A stretch of 64,000 nt of DNA, taken from the NCBI GenBank assembly GCA_050010115.1, contig JBEKLQ010000005.1:13895-77894 (forward strand). Reading direction: 5' to 3'. The stretch comes from Acidimicrobiales bacterium (GTDB lineage Bacteria; Actinomycetota; Acidimicrobiia; Acidimicrobiales; Bog-793). Each line of letters starts with the position of its first letter. The first letter of the stretch is position 1. The notes beneath the pieces are model-generated. The model was not told where the DNA came from. It ran no database searches and saw only the letters and a list, made by a program, of their open reading frames with translations. Below are positions 63,596-64,000 of this stretch, piece by piece. A program made the position numbers and the translations under genes.

Positions 63596-63775
63596 TTATT
63601 TGTGGAAAAGTCCACCGCCCGAACGTGGGCCTCGAAAGATACGGGTCAGAATCGCCCCAACAACGAGCAACAAAACAAGCACAGGCAGAAGTGGCCCGAG
63701 CAGTCCGAAAACCACCCGGGCCACGACGGCCACCGCCAAGACGAAGAGCAAGGCTTCGCCTACCTTGGCTATCAA
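63596..63775 (-). CDS. 59-aa two-TM micro-protein (below the ORF-track cutoff)
   Basis: Read by hand. The TTG at 63775 overlaps the upstream stop (TTGA). Product LIAKVGEALLFVLAVAVVARVVFGLLGPLLPVLVLLLVVGAILTRIFRGPRSGGGLFHK. Confidence 0.3.
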   Translation of the reverse strand: MIAKVGEALLFVLAVAVVARVVFGLLGPLLPVLVLLLVVGAILTRIFRGPRSGGGLFHK

Positions 63776-63996
63776 TGGCGAACCCCTTCGGCTCCTCGCT
63801 GTTCCGCGTACTCCTGCATGGCGACGAGCGCGCCTCTTGTCAGATCGTGCATCTGGCGGGCCGCTCGTGCTCCCTCCGCTCGGACTTGAACGATCTCTGA
63901 TTGCCAGTGCTCGCCGCCCATCCGGAAGCCCAGCAGGTAGACCAGGGGGACGAGCACAACGATCAGCACTCCGATGAGGACGGTCAGTTCGATCAT
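63772..63996 (-). CDS. 74-aa single-TM protein
   Basis: MIELTVLIGVLIVVLVPLVYLLGF is a TM segment, followed by a helical tail. No recognisable motif. The upstream context is outside the window. Confidence 0.4.
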   Translation of the reverse strand: MIELTVLIGVLIVVLVPLVYLLGFRMGGEHWQSEIVQVRAEGARAARQMHDLTRGALVAMQEYAEQRGAEGVRH

Positions 63997-64000
63997 CTCG

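Larger units (their letters stand above)
54911..64000. mobile_element. integrated ICE-like / integrative mobilisable element adjoining tRNA-Val (left part only; continues past the window edge)
   Basis: A contiguous same-strand set directly abuts a tRNA 3' end. The genes are a large serine recombinase, ImmA, XRE, RHH, ArdA, a DNA methyltransferase, a replication-relaxation protein, a T4CP-like ATPase and small TM proteins. The right end is not in the window. Confidence 0.7.

Overview
GC-rich, Actinobacteria-type chromosomal DNA. The lineage call rests on a WhiB regulator, LCP ligases, F420 CofC, an HU protein with a Lys/Ala-rich tail, and very frequent 4-nt ATGA/GTGA start-stop overlaps. All functional calls come from reading motifs and gene context in the supplied translations. 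No database search or RNA folding was run.

About 55 kb is core genome:
- An aa3-type cytochrome c oxidase cluster: a cupredoxin-like gene, ctaC, ctaD, ctaE, a 36-aa micro-ORF and a CtaG-like gene. An SCO copper chaperone lies just upstream (lower coordinates) on the opposite strand.
- xseAB, then 3-hydroxyacyl-CoA dehydrogenase and a cupin.
- A cytochrome P450 divergent from an ArsR-MFS-ferredoxin reductase operon.
- A MoxR / DUF58 / transglutaminase triad.
- A tightly coupled glpD / FAD-oxidase / FGGY-kinase operon.
- Rubrerythrin plus DUF3501, whiB, an acyl-CoA dehydrogenase and trpD.
- A cell-envelope cluster: a large GT-C/YfhO-like membrane protein, a GT2, and two LCP ligases.
- tRNA-Val(GAC), a PsiE-like protein, an acyl-CoA synthetase, hup, a PIG-L deacetylase, cofC and a class III adenylate cyclase.
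- A molybdate/tungstate-type ABC operon with an HTH-PBP one-component regulator.
- rnhB, TauE, a second acyl-CoA dehydrogenase and gdh.
- A decayed roughly 2.4-kb islet: a truncated MFS pseudogene, repeat families, a DUF4232 lipoprotein and an AbiEi-like/DUF559 gene.
- An amidohydrolase.

From tRNA-Val(TAC) at 54878 to the window edge lies the left part of an integrated, ICE-like mobile element. It is read entirely from the minus strand. It encodes a large serine recombinase, ImmA, an XRE repressor, an RHH protein, ArdA, a DNA methyltransferase, a replication-relaxation protein, a type IV coupling-protein-like ATPase and small membrane proteins.

The most interesting observations are:
- The serine recombinase ORF runs antisense into the tRNA.
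- A shared 14-bp palindromic operator is embedded in the -35 of both element promoters.
- Palindrome-bearing repeats bracket the islet.
- A candidate leaderless upstream ORF is coupled to the ArsR operon.
- A degenerate CuA-like cupredoxin is fused in operon to ctaC.

No rRNA, CRISPR array or transposase was seen.
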